From an uncultured Candidatus Saccharibacteria bacterium (GTDB lineage Bacteria > Patescibacteriota > Minisyncoccia > UBA6257 > 2-01-FULL-56-20): 57,379 nucleotides of DNA. Both the position numbers and the translations under genes were made by a program. Position 1 is the stretch's first letter, and each line of letters begins with the position of its first letter. Below, piece after piece: positions 1-9,118 of this stretch. The notes under the pieces are model-generated. The model was not told where the DNA came from and searched no databases. It worked only from the letters and a program-made list of their open reading frames with translations. Location of the stretch: positions 67,456 to 124,834 of the forward strand of contig CAYHZA010000001.1 of assembly GCA_964361095.1 (NCBI GenBank), given 5' to 3'.

Positions 1-44
1 TTCGAAGACTTAAAGAAAGATTGAGGCATAGCCTCACTTGAATT

Positions 45-1529
45 ATGTGCTCGGTGCTTCGGTTAGAAAAACATCGCATGCCCAAAGCTGGAAAAATACA
101 AATAATCAAATATGCTCCGCCTCCGTCCGAACTTCCGATTTATGGAAGGTTTGATCCAATTGATGTTTCGTTCATCGGAAAGACGAATTATGTCGCCGCG
201 CTCGAAGACAAGCGGTTTATTTTTGGTATCAAGCGCGTTGACCGAAGGCGCCATCTTTATATTGTCGGCAAAAGCGGTGTGGGGAAATCAAAGCTTCTCG
301 AGCTTTTGATCCGTCAGGATGTTGCGCATGGGCATGGGCTTTGCCTTATGGATCCGCACGGCGACGTGATTGAAGCGATTCTTGATTTTGTGCCGGAGAA
401 TCGTATCGATGACGTTGTGATTATCGATCCTGCGGATATGGCGCATCCGGTTTCATTCAACCCGCTTGCGAATGTTGATCCTTCATTCAAGCATCAGCTG
501 ACGCAAGGACTTATCGAGGTGATGGAAAAGCAATTCGGCGCGAATTGGACGCCGCGTTTGGAACATGTTTTCCGCTTCACCTGTCTCGCGCTCTTGGACT
601 ATCCGCACGCTACGATGCGCGGAATGATCTCGATGCTTACGGATCGGAATTATCGTCAGAAGGTGGTGGAGTATATCGAGGACGACATGGTAAAGCGTTT
701 TTGGGCGATTGAGTTCGCGGATTGGTCGGAAAAATTCGACACGGACGCCATTATTCCTTTGGTGAATAAGCTTGGCCAGTTTCTTTCGGATCCGCTCTTG
801 CGGAATATTTTTGGACAAAAAGAGAATAAGGTAGATCTTGAAAAACTTATCAATGAGAAAAAAATAATCTTTATCAATCTTTCAAAAGGGCGGCTCGGAG
901 AAGAAAATTCGAGCTTTTTGGGTTCGATGTTTATCACGAAGATCAAACAAGCGGGAATGCAACGAGCTTCATTGCCCGAGAAAGATCGGCATGATTTTTA
1001 TCTTTATGTGGACGAGTTTCATAATTTAGTAACGGAAACCTTCGAAAATATTCTCTCGGAAGCCAGAAAATATGCCCTGTGTCTTACGGTCGCGCATCAG
1101 TACGTGGGACAACTTCTGCCCCGCGTTCAAGCGGCGGTCCTTGGGAATACGGGGAGCATTATTATTTTTCGCGTAGGCGGCGAAGATGCCGAGCGCCTCG
1201 AACCGGAAATGGAGCCTATATTTAAGGTGAAGGATATGATTAACCTTGGCATGCAGGAGTTTTACATCAAGATGACCATCGACGGAGAGACCTATGACCC
1301 GTTTTCTGCGGAGACACTCAAAGTTTTACCGGCGCCCCACGGCTCCTTTAAGGATAAGATCGTCGCGGCTTCTCGCCGTAAGTACTCTATTCCCGCGGAC
1401 GCGGCGAAAAAACTTATTCAAGAGGAAGAAGCTACTATTTTCCGGAGCGCGCAGGAAAAAGCCATTATTGAGGGAAAATCTCGGGGCGAGGCCGCCCGGG
1501 AAAACAAAGAACCGGAGCCTCTTATTTAG
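45..1529 (+). CDS. TraD/VirD4-like (T4SS coupling-protein / DUF87-type) P-loop NTPase, paralog 1
   Basis: 494-aa ORF with Walker A GKSGVGKSK, Walker B-like FYLYVDEFHN and an AHQYVGQL motif. Collinear similarity to the ORF at 15165..17078. An alternative ATG lies at 78 (MPKAGK...). Confidence 0.75.
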   Translation: MCSVLRLEKHRMPKAGKIQIIKYAPPPSELPIYGRFDPIDVSFIGKTNYVAALEDKRFIFGIKRVDRRRHLYIVGKSGVGKSKLLELLIRQDVAHGHGLCLMDPHGDVIEAILDFVPENRIDDVVIIDPADMAHPVSFNPLANVDPSFKHQLTQGLIEVMEKQFGANWTPRLEHVFRFTCLALLDYPHATMRGMISMLTDRNYRQKVVEYIEDDMVKRFWAIEFADWSEKFDTDAIIPLVNKLGQFLSDPLLRNIFGQKENKVDLEKLINEKKIIFINLSKGRLGEENSSFLGSMFITKIKQAGMQRASLPEKDRHDFYLYVDEFHNLVTETFENILSEARKYALCLTVAHQYVGQLLPRVQAAVLGNTGSIIIFRVGGEDAERLEPEMEPIFKVKDMINLGMQEFYIKMTIDGETYDPFSAETLKVLPAPHGSFKDKIVAASRRKYSIPADAAKKLIQEEEATIFRSAQEKAIIEGKSRGEAARENKEPEPLI

Positions 1530-1592
1530 AAAAAAGCGGTTTTGTGGGCGCATTGCGGGGCAGTGTTTCCCGTACTATACTTTAGCCGTACT

Positions 1593-1778
1593 ATGGAACT
1601 CCTTCTGTGGGGGTTGGTTATTGGGGTAGTTATGCTCCTCCTCTTGATACAAGTGGTTCGGCTTAGTCTTCGTATCAAAATATTGAAAGATCTTATCAGA
1701 GAGCTTGAAGGGTATGACGCATTACATCATATGGGCGAGAACGGGGACGACGGTGGCGACTCGGAAGGCCGGGGATAG
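1593..1778 (+). CDS. small single-pass membrane protein (hypothetical)
   Basis: ATG at 1593 gives MELLLWGLVIGVVMLLLLIQVV..., a hydrophobic helix followed by an acidic tail. It sits between the ATPase and the paralog array. The ORF track starts it at 1542. Confidence 0.35.
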   Translation: MELLLWGLVIGVVMLLLLIQVVRLSLRIKILKDLIRELEGYDALHHMGENGDDGGDSEGRG

Positions 1779-1790
1779 TGTTCTTGCATC

Positions 1791-3497
1791 ATGAATTCGG
1801 AAACGCGCAACTGCCAAAATTGTCGCAAAGATTTTGAGATAGATTCCGAAGATTTTTTATTTTATGAAAAGATAAAGGTGCCGCCCCCGACGTTTTGTCC
1901 TAAATGTCGGCTTCAGAGGCGGCTTTCGTTTGTAAATTTATTCCATCTCTATAAGCGTTCCTGCGATCTTTGTCATAAGCAAACATTTTCTCTTTTCCGA
2001 CAGGACGCGCCTTACGTGGTTTATTGTCCACGGTGCTGGTGGTCTGACGATTGGGATTCCTTGGAGTATGGAAAGGCATACGATTTCTCGAGGCCCTTTT
2101 TTGAGCAGTTAAACGAGCTATGGCATAAGGTTCCGCTTCTTGGTCTCTCGATCGATTTTGTTACCCTCGAAACCTCTCCCTATACGAATCACATCGGCCA
2201 CTTGAAAAACGGCTATCTCGTGTTTCATGCGGATTTCAATGAAGATGTCGCGTACGGTTTTTATCTCGTCCACAACAAGGGACTCGTGGATTCCTCGCTC
2301 GCGATGAGTAGTGAACTATGTTACGACTCGATGCATATCTATAAGGTGAATCGGGGGATTGGATTGCGGAGCCAAGTTACGGAATCGCTTGATTGCGCAT
2401 TCCTCAAGGATTGCATGAATTGCCAAAATTGTTTTGCCTCGGCTAATCTTCGGAGCAAAAAATACTATATTTTTAATAAGCCCTACACCAAAGAAGAATA
2501 TTTTAAAGAAATAAAAAAATGGGATCTTGGTTCGTATAAAGCGTATCAAGAAATTCAAAAAATGTCCGAGGAGCACTGGAGAACATTGCCGCCTAAGCCC
2601 ACGATGGATGAATTTGCCACAAATTGTACCGGGCGTCTCGTGTTCCAATCGAGAAACTGCAAAGATTGCTTCGAGGTGGTCGGTGCGGAGGATAGCCGAT
2701 ATTTATTGATGATGGAAATGGGTCCCGTAAGAGACTCCTACGATCTTTCAAGCTGGGGAAACAATATGGATATGTGCTACGAGTGTTGCGTAGTGGGCGA
2801 GGGGGTATCCCGTGCAAAATTTTGCCAAGAAGCGGGGCTTAGTTTGAACGATGTCGAGTATTCAAAACTCTCTACCGGGGCAGGGTATCATTTCGGATGC
2901 GTTTCGGTAAGGAAAACAAAATATTGTATCTTGAATAAGCAATACGAAGAGAAGAAATTCAACGAACTGCGCGAGAAAATTATCGCGCATATGAACGAGA
3001 TGCCGTATGAGGATGCGAAGGGGCGAGTGTATCGTTATGGAGAATTTTTCCCAACCGAGATGAGCCCTTATGCCTATAATGAAACCATCGCGTCCCGCTT
3101 TTTTCCTCTTGCAAAAGAAGCGACAGAAGAGAAGGGATATCGCTGGCAGGAGCCGGAACAGGGCGCTTATGCGATTACGAAAGACGCCCGCGATCTTCCC
3201 GATCATATAAAGGACGCGACGGACGCCGTACTTCACGAAGTAATCGGATGCGAAGCATGCGGTAAGGGGTTTAAAATTATCAAAATGGAACTCGATTTTT
3301 TGCGAAACATGAACCTCCCGCTCCCGCGGCGATGTCCCATGTGCCGCATCAACGAAAAATTCGACCAGTGGGTCAAAAATTTAAGAGTGTTCAAGCGCAC
3401 ATGTTCAAAGTGCGGCACTGGATTTGAGACGAATTATCCGAAAGAGGAAGTCGATTACATTTTATGTAGAGAGTGCTATCTTAAAGAAATAGTATGA
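1791..3497 (+). CDS. Cys-rich multi-zinc-ribbon protein, array paralog P1 (function unknown)
   Basis: 568 aa. N-terminal ribbon CQNC..F.I..EDF.FYEKIKVPPPTFCPKCR, then a second ribbon CDLC..CPRC. Two internal CxxCF..LRxKxY.I.NK.Y caps. C-terminal CEAC..FKII..ELDF..LPLPRRCPMCR plus CSKC..CRECY. Its stop overlaps the P2 start (ATGA). Confidence 0.85.
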   Translation: MNSETRNCQNCRKDFEIDSEDFLFYEKIKVPPPTFCPKCRLQRRLSFVNLFHLYKRSCDLCHKQTFSLFRQDAPYVVYCPRCWWSDDWDSLEYGKAYDFSRPFFEQLNELWHKVPLLGLSIDFVTLETSPYTNHIGHLKNGYLVFHADFNEDVAYGFYLVHNKGLVDSSLAMSSELCYDSMHIYKVNRGIGLRSQVTESLDCAFLKDCMNCQNCFASANLRSKKYYIFNKPYTKEEYFKEIKKWDLGSYKAYQEIQKMSEEHWRTLPPKPTMDEFATNCTGRLVFQSRNCKDCFEVVGAEDSRYLLMMEMGPVRDSYDLSSWGNNMDMCYECCVVGEGVSRAKFCQEAGLSLNDVEYSKLSTGAGYHFGCVSVRKTKYCILNKQYEEKKFNELREKIIAHMNEMPYEDAKGRVYRYGEFFPTEMSPYAYNETIASRFFPLAKEATEEKGYRWQEPEQGAYAITKDARDLPDHIKDATDAVLHEVIGCEACGKGFKIIKMELDFLRNMNLPLPRRCPMCRINEKFDQWVKNLRVFKRTCSKCGTGFETNYPKEEVDYILCRECYLKEIV

Positions 3498-5296
3498 CCA
3501 CGGAAACCCATTCGAAAAACTCAGGGCAAGCGCGACCATGTCAGAATTGTAAAAAGGACTTCGTCATCGAACCGGAAGACTTCAATTTCTACGAAAAAAT
3601 AAAAGTTCCGCCGCCGACGTGGTGTTGGCGGTGTCGCGCGATGCGCCGGATGGCATTTCGCAATATGCGGCATTTGTATGCCCGGACTTGTGATGCGACG
3701 GGAATAAAAATCTTTACATTGATGCCACCAGATAATTCAATGCCAGTGTACAGCAATAGTTATTGGAATAGCGACGAATGGGATCCGATGAATTATGGGA
3801 AAGATTACGACTTCTCGAAACCTTTTTTCGCTCAAATCCGAGAACTCTATAACGCTGTACCATGGGGATTTATGTGGTCTATGAATAATGTGAACAGCGA
3901 CTATGGGCAAATTGCTTTCTCAAAGAATTGTTATATGTGTTTTGATTCCGGATATGACGAGGACAGTGCTTACAACATTACGTTGCTTTATAGCAAGCAT
4001 TGTTTTGATGGATTGAATCTAAAGGACTGCGAATTTTGTTACTATTCGATCAATACGAATCAATCCTATAAAACGTTTTTCTCGCGGAACTGTACCTCGT
4101 GCGTTGATGTTTGGTTCAGCCAAGATTGTATTGGCTGTACCAATTGTTTTGGATGCAGTGGTCTTCGCAATCAGAGCTATTGTATTTTTAACAAACAGTA
4201 CGATAAAGAAACCTACGATACCAAGCTCAAAGAAATGAGTCTTCATTCTTGGCAAGGCATTCAAGCAATGAGAAAACAAGCCGAAGAATTTTGGAAAAAA
4301 GTACCGCTCAAATTTCAGCATGGTTTTCAGGTGACGCACAGCTACGGAGACTATCTTTATAATGGAACCGAGCTCCGTAACTGCTTCTTTGTGGGCAATG
4401 CCCAAAACATGAAACACTGTCAGAGTGTCATTTATCCGCCGAATCACGACGGGATGGATGTAACATCAAGCGAGGGAACAGAACTGGCATATGAAGTACT
4501 CGGTTCAGGCGGCGGGGCAGAACGAGTACTGGCTACGGTTGAAAGCCTCGCAATAAGCGATAGTTACTACTCCATTGATTGTCGACAGGTCAATAATATC
4601 TTTGGGTGTATTGCACTACACAATAAGAATTATTGTGTTTTAAATAAGCAGTATTCTAAAAAAGAATATTTTGAACTAGTGCCTAAAATCAAAAAACATA
4701 TGGACGATATGCCGTATATCGATGCGCTAGGTCGGGTATATAAATTTGGAGAATTTTTTCCACCCGACATGAGTTCTTATGGGTATAGCCAGACGCAGGC
4801 GTTTGAGTACTTCCCGCTTACCAAAGAAGAAGCGCAGAAACAAGGTTTTCGTTGGCGTGTGCCGGAAGAAAGAAAATATATTATCACAAAAAAGGCAAGC
4901 GAACTTCCCGGCAGTATTTCTGTAGTTGATAATTCAATTTTAGGGGAGGTGATTCAGTGTGAGCATGAAGAGGCCAATGGGCACGTGTCAGGGTGCGACA
5001 TAGATTGCGCCAGCGCTTTCCGCATTACTCAACAAGAGCTTGATTTTTATCGCCAGATGCAGTTGCCGCTACCGAGACTTTGTTTTAACTGCAGGCATAT
5101 TGATCGATTACAGTGGCGCAATACGCCAGCCCTTTATTCTCGTCAGTGTGCGTGTGACTACAAAATTTTCAATAATTCAACCGAACACCAGCATCATCCT
5201 AATGGCAGATGCCCCAACAAATTTGAAACAAGCTACGCTCCGGAGCGGCCGGAAATTGTCTACTGCGAGCAATGTTACCAAGTGGAAGTGGTATGA
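3494..5296 (+). CDS. Cys-rich multi-zinc-ribbon protein, array paralog P2
   Basis: 600 aa, collinear with P1. N-terminal CQNC..FYEKIKVPPPTWCWRCR. The second N-terminal ribbon cysteines are lost. NCFGCSGLRNQSYCIFNKQY cap. C-terminal FRITQQELDFYRQMQLPLPRLCFNCR and ETSYAPERPEIVYCEQCY. Confidence 0.85.
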   Translation: MTTETHSKNSGQARPCQNCKKDFVIEPEDFNFYEKIKVPPPTWCWRCRAMRRMAFRNMRHLYARTCDATGIKIFTLMPPDNSMPVYSNSYWNSDEWDPMNYGKDYDFSKPFFAQIRELYNAVPWGFMWSMNNVNSDYGQIAFSKNCYMCFDSGYDEDSAYNITLLYSKHCFDGLNLKDCEFCYYSINTNQSYKTFFSRNCTSCVDVWFSQDCIGCTNCFGCSGLRNQSYCIFNKQYDKETYDTKLKEMSLHSWQGIQAMRKQAEEFWKKVPLKFQHGFQVTHSYGDYLYNGTELRNCFFVGNAQNMKHCQSVIYPPNHDGMDVTSSEGTELAYEVLGSGGGAERVLATVESLAISDSYYSIDCRQVNNIFGCIALHNKNYCVLNKQYSKKEYFELVPKIKKHMDDMPYIDALGRVYKFGEFFPPDMSSYGYSQTQAFEYFPLTKEEAQKQGFRWRVPEERKYIITKKASELPGSISVVDNSILGEVIQCEHEEANGHVSGCDIDCASAFRITQQELDFYRQMQLPLPRLCFNCRHIDRLQWRNTPALYSRQCACDYKIFNNSTEHQHHPNGRCPNKFETSYAPERPEIVYCEQCYQVEVV

Positions 5297-5334
5297 ATGA
5301 AGCGCTATGACGCGTCATAGCATACGCATTCAAC

Positions 5335-6987
5335 ATGAATAAAGAAACGCGAAATTGCCAAAACTGTAAGCAGGAATTCCGTATTGAGCCGGAAGATCGT
5401 ATTTTCTATGAACGATTCGGTATTCCCGCCCCCGATGAGTGTCATCGGTGCATTTGGAAGCATCTCATGGCATTTTGGGTATTTGGTAAATTTCGGAAAA
5501 CTAAATCCGCACTTTCGGGCAAAACGATTATCACTACATTCGGGGAAAAAACGAAATTCCCGCTCTACGATCGGACAGAGTGGATTTCGGATTCCTGGGA
5601 CCCGCTTTCCTATGGAAAAGAGTACGATCTTAACCGCTCGTTTTTCGAACAATTCAAGGAATTGCAGGATCGCGTTCCGCATCCTCACCAGTCTGGCACA
5701 AATAATTTGAATTCCGACTGGTGCGATGATGTATGGAATTCAAAGAATTGTTATCTTATACGCGGTTTATTGGATTGCGAAAACCTATACTACGGCTGTC
5801 GGAATATTCGCTGTAAAAATTCCATTGACCTCGTGTTTTGTTTTGATATGGACTTGTCGTACGACTGTGCTTACTGTTTCAAGTGTTATAACGTGCGCCA
5901 CTCGTTTGATGCTCGAGACAGCATTGAAAGCGCGTTCCTTTACGATTGCCGGAATGTTCAGAACTGCTTTATGTGCTGGAATTTACGCAACAAACAATAT
6001 TATATATTGAACAAACCGTATTCCAAGGAGGCATATTTTGAGGAGATGAAGAAATACAATCTGCGCTCTCGAAGCCGCATCGAGGAATTAAAAAAAGAAT
6101 TCGCGCAGATTCTCGCGCGCGAGGCGATCCATCGCTCAAGCTATAACGTAAAGGCGGTAAACTCCAAGGGCAATTTTCTGGAGGAGTGCAAGAATTGTTA
6201 CGATTGCTATTTTATCGAATATTCAGAAAACAATCGGCATATGTTTCGTGGGGGGTTCATAAAAGATTCCATTTATGGAGTCGGTACTATTGTCGAAAAA
6301 GCCCTTTATTCGGTTGTCGATAATAAGAGTTATGACACCATCGCAACCATGCACTGCGATAACTGCCGCTATTCCGCATACCTCGATTATTGCGAGGAAT
6401 GCGAATATTGTTTTGGCTGTGTAAGTCTCCGAAAGAAAAAATACTGTATCTTGAATAAGCAATATTCGGAAGAAGAATATAAAACGCTTTTGCCAAAGAT
6501 CAAGGAATCCATGATCGGAAAAGGAGAATGGGGGAAATTTCTCCCTTACTCCATGGCGTATGGCGGCTATAATTCCTCGGTAGCAAGTCTCTATTTTCCT
6601 GCCACCGAGGAGGACGTGAAGCAATGGGGAGGAATATGGGAGAGGGCATATGAAAAAGTATCTAGTGGAATTCCCGGAAATACCCTGCCGGATATGATTG
6701 ATGATGTGTCGGAAGATATTTCTCAAAAACAGATTTTATGTCCAAGAACGGGGTGGCACTTCAATATCGCCCCCGGCGAACTTCAATTTTACAAAGCACA
6801 GGGTATCCCTTTGCCGCAGCACCATTTTGATATACGGATCCTCGATCTTTTTAAACAACTTACTGCCGTTACTCTTTTTTCGGGCACCTGCTCTTTTTGC
6901 AAGAAAGATATAACTCATTATTATCCTCCCGAGTGGGGCTACAAAAAGATTGCGTGTGTTGAGTGTTATCAGCAGCAAGTATCATGA
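5335..6987 (+). CDS. Cys-rich multi-zinc-ribbon protein, array paralog P3 (most divergent)
   Basis: 550 aa starting MNKETRNCQNCKQEF.IEPED..FYERFGIPAPDECHRC. Keeps the internal CxxCF.C..LRxKxYxILNK caps and the C-terminal CVECYQQQVS. Several ribbon Cys are replaced. Confidence 0.8.
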   Translation: MNKETRNCQNCKQEFRIEPEDRIFYERFGIPAPDECHRCIWKHLMAFWVFGKFRKTKSALSGKTIITTFGEKTKFPLYDRTEWISDSWDPLSYGKEYDLNRSFFEQFKELQDRVPHPHQSGTNNLNSDWCDDVWNSKNCYLIRGLLDCENLYYGCRNIRCKNSIDLVFCFDMDLSYDCAYCFKCYNVRHSFDARDSIESAFLYDCRNVQNCFMCWNLRNKQYYILNKPYSKEAYFEEMKKYNLRSRSRIEELKKEFAQILAREAIHRSSYNVKAVNSKGNFLEECKNCYDCYFIEYSENNRHMFRGGFIKDSIYGVGTIVEKALYSVVDNKSYDTIATMHCDNCRYSAYLDYCEECEYCFGCVSLRKKKYCILNKQYSEEEYKTLLPKIKESMIGKGEWGKFLPYSMAYGGYNSSVASLYFPATEEDVKQWGGIWERAYEKVSSGIPGNTLPDMIDDVSEDISQKQILCPRTGWHFNIAPGELQFYKAQGIPLPQHHFDIRILDLFKQLTAVTLFSGTCSFCKKDITHYYPPEWGYKKIACVECYQQQVS

Positions 6988-7082
6988 CCACAGAAACGCG
7001 CACGTGCCAAAACTGTCCCGACCCCGATTTGTCGTGGGTCGAGGATCCGCGATCCCAAAGGGATCGGGACAAAAACCAATGA
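6984..7082 (+). other. decapitated paralog 5' end reading as a 32-codon leader ORF
   Basis: ATG at 6984 overlaps the P3 stop (ATGA) and encodes MTTETRTCQNC, the family N-terminus. It then runs into a 56-bp hairpin insert and stops at TGA 7080-7082, which overlaps the P4 ATG. Confidence 0.6.
7015..7070. repeat. miniature inverted-repeat insert (two hairpins) inside the old P4 5' end
   Basis: It starts GTCCCGA and ends TCGGGAC, an exact 7-bp terminal inverted repeat. Internal hairpin cgatccc-aaa-gggatcg. Confidence 0.55.
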
Positions 7083-8782
7083 ACCAAGAAACAAAAGTTT
7101 GTCAGAATTGTAAAAGCCAGTTCACGATTGAACCGGAGGATTTCCAGTTCTACGAGAAAATGCAGGTGCCACCGCCTACGTGGTGCCCGGAATGCCGATT
7201 TATTCGCCGTCTTTCGTTCATGAATATACGCACGCTTTATAAACGAACGTGTAGTCGTTGCAATAGTTCGATGATCGCAATGTACCCGGAAGATTCATCT
7301 GTTCTTGTATATTGTAATACGTGCTGGTGGTCGGATAAGTGGGATGGTACTGAATATGGTAGGGCATATGATCCTTCAAAGCCGTTTCTCGAACAACTCT
7401 ATGAGCTTTCGCGGATAACGCCCTATATGGCACTTGAAAATCTTTACACATCCCTTGTGGATACGGAGTACACCAATTATGCGGCATATCAGAAGAATTG
7501 TTATCTTACGTATTACTCCGATTACGCAAATAATGTTTTATACGCAATGTTCATTGCGCATGTAAACGATAGTATGGATTGCTATAGAATCCGAGATTCA
7601 GAGCTTTGCTACGAGGCGACGGGGTGCTATAAATCCTCGCGCGTGTTTTTCTCCGAAGAGTGCACGGATTCTCACGATATATGGTTCTCGAAAAATTTGA
7701 TAGGTTGTTCCAATTGTGTGGGATGCGTCAATCTTCGTAACAAATCGTACTGCATTTTCAACGAGAAATATTCAAAGGAGGAATATCATCGGATAATAGA
7801 GGAGATGGATCTTCATACGCAACGTGGTATTGATGCTGTCTCGAAAAAGGCCAAAGAATTTTGGCTTACTAAACCGCGCCGTGCATACGAGGGAAATTCT
7901 CTTAATGTGAACGTGACCGGTGATTATGTGTATGAATCAAAAAATGCGCACGATTGTTATATGGCAACCTCCGTGGAGGATGGAAAGTTTGTTCAGTTTA
8001 TCTCGTTGCCTAAAGTCAAAGATGCATATGACTACAGTGGGTGGGGAAATAATGTCGAAAGGATTTATGAGTGTGACATTGTGGGCGAAGGGGCTTATAA
8101 CGTGAAATTTTCAAGCGAGTGTTGGCCAGATGCGCGAGACGTCGAATACTCTATGTATGCGAACGCTTGCACAAACTGTTTTGGTTGTGTGAATTTAAAA
8201 AAGAAATCGTACTGTATTTTAAATAAACAATACTCGAAAGAAGACTATGAGCGGTTGCGAGAAGAGATTATAAAGAATATGAACGAAAAGCCTTATCGAG
8301 ATGAGAAAGGGAGAGTCTATCCTTATGGAGAGTATTTCCCTTTGAATTTTTCTTTATTTGCTTATAACGAAACAATGGCTTATGCGTATTTTGAGAAAGA
8401 TCGTGATGTGATCAAAAAAGAAGGTTTTCAGTGGAGAGAGCAAGAAGTTTCAACACACACCCCCACGCTCAAAGCAGATCAGCTCCCCTTAACGATTTCC
8501 GAAACACCAGACACTATCACTCGCGAGATCGTTGCATGTTTTTCTTGCGCGCGTGCGTACCGAATTATTCCGCAGGAATTAAGCCTTCTTCGGCATTTGA
8601 ATTTGCCAGCGCCTCAACGGTGTCCAGAATGTCGCCATTTGCGCCGTTTCCAAAGTACAAATCCCCCAAGACTTTACGAGAGAAATTGCGCGAAATGCGG
8701 CATTCCTATAAAAACTTCCTACGCTCCAGAACGACCGGAAATCGTGTACTGCGAACAGTGCTACAATGCTGAAGTAGCATAA
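7079..8782 (+). CDS. Cys-rich multi-zinc-ribbon protein, array paralog P4
   Basis: 567 aa from ATG 7079 (MNQETKVCQNCKSQFTIEPEDFQFYEKMQVPPPTWCPECR). The ORF-track start at 6950 overlaps P3 and has no family similarity. Second ribbon CSRC..CNTC is present. C-terminus ETSYAPERPEIVYCEQCYNAEVA. Confidence 0.85.
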   Translation: MNQETKVCQNCKSQFTIEPEDFQFYEKMQVPPPTWCPECRFIRRLSFMNIRTLYKRTCSRCNSSMIAMYPEDSSVLVYCNTCWWSDKWDGTEYGRAYDPSKPFLEQLYELSRITPYMALENLYTSLVDTEYTNYAAYQKNCYLTYYSDYANNVLYAMFIAHVNDSMDCYRIRDSELCYEATGCYKSSRVFFSEECTDSHDIWFSKNLIGCSNCVGCVNLRNKSYCIFNEKYSKEEYHRIIEEMDLHTQRGIDAVSKKAKEFWLTKPRRAYEGNSLNVNVTGDYVYESKNAHDCYMATSVEDGKFVQFISLPKVKDAYDYSGWGNNVERIYECDIVGEGAYNVKFSSECWPDARDVEYSMYANACTNCFGCVNLKKKSYCILNKQYSKEDYERLREEIIKNMNEKPYRDEKGRVYPYGEYFPLNFSLFAYNETMAYAYFEKDRDVIKKEGFQWREQEVSTHTPTLKADQLPLTISETPDTITREIVACFSCARAYRIIPQELSLLRHLNLPAPQRCPECRHLRRFQSTNPPRLYERNCAKCGIPIKTSYAPERPEIVYCEQCYNAEVA

Positions 8783-8791
8783 GAACAAAAC

Positions 8792-8998
8792 ATGCCCGAT
8801 AATCACAAGCCTCCATTACGAAGCGAGGTAAAACCAGGAGTTGCCGTATGGATTATTGAAAAAAAGAACTACGGGACCGATAATTACACGCAGGGGATTG
8901 TAAGGGAAGTGCTTACCTCGAAGGGAGAGCATCCCCGCGGCATCAAGGTACGTCTCACCGATGGCACAGTAGGCCGTGTGCAGTGGCTTGTGGAATAA
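8792..8998 (+). CDS. YwbE-family small protein (DUF2196-like)
   Basis: 68 aa. GTDNYTQGIV.EVLTS...HPRGIKVRL.DG.VGRV matches my recollection of the YwbE family signature. Confidence 0.6.
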   Translation: MPDNHKPPLRSEVKPGVAVWIIEKKNYGTDNYTQGIVREVLTSKGEHPRGIKVRLTDGTVGRVQWLVE

Positions 8999-9003
8999 GA
9001 TTT

Positions 9004-9108
9004 ATGAATAAAGAAACAAAAACACATTCGCAAGGCTCAGTGTCTTCGACTTGTCAAAACTCCGACGTTTCAGTCGGAGCCCCGACCCAAGGGGCGTCGG
9101 GGCTGTAA
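9004..9108 (+). other. decapitated paralog 5' end reading as a 34-codon leader ORF
   Basis: Encodes MNKETKTHSQGSVSSTCQN, very close in protein and DNA to the P6 start MKQETKAHSQDSVSPICQNC. It then enters a hairpin insert and stops at TAA 9106-9108, 10 nt before the P5 ATG. Confidence 0.6.
9060..9103. repeat. miniature inverted-repeat insert (two hairpins) inside the old P5 5' end
   Basis: Hairpins tccgac-gtttca-gtcgga and ccccgac-ccaaggggc-gtcgggg. The ends CTCCGACG / CGTCGGGG are inverted with 7 of 8 matches. Confidence 0.5.
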
Positions 9109-9118
9109 AATAAAAACC

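Noticed and set aside
6950-7078. ORF-track extension of paralog P4 back to an ATG at 6950
   Set aside because: The extension overlaps the P3 3' end in another frame and shows no family similarity. It also runs through the hairpin insert. The family N-terminus (MNQETKVCQNC) starts at ATG 7079.
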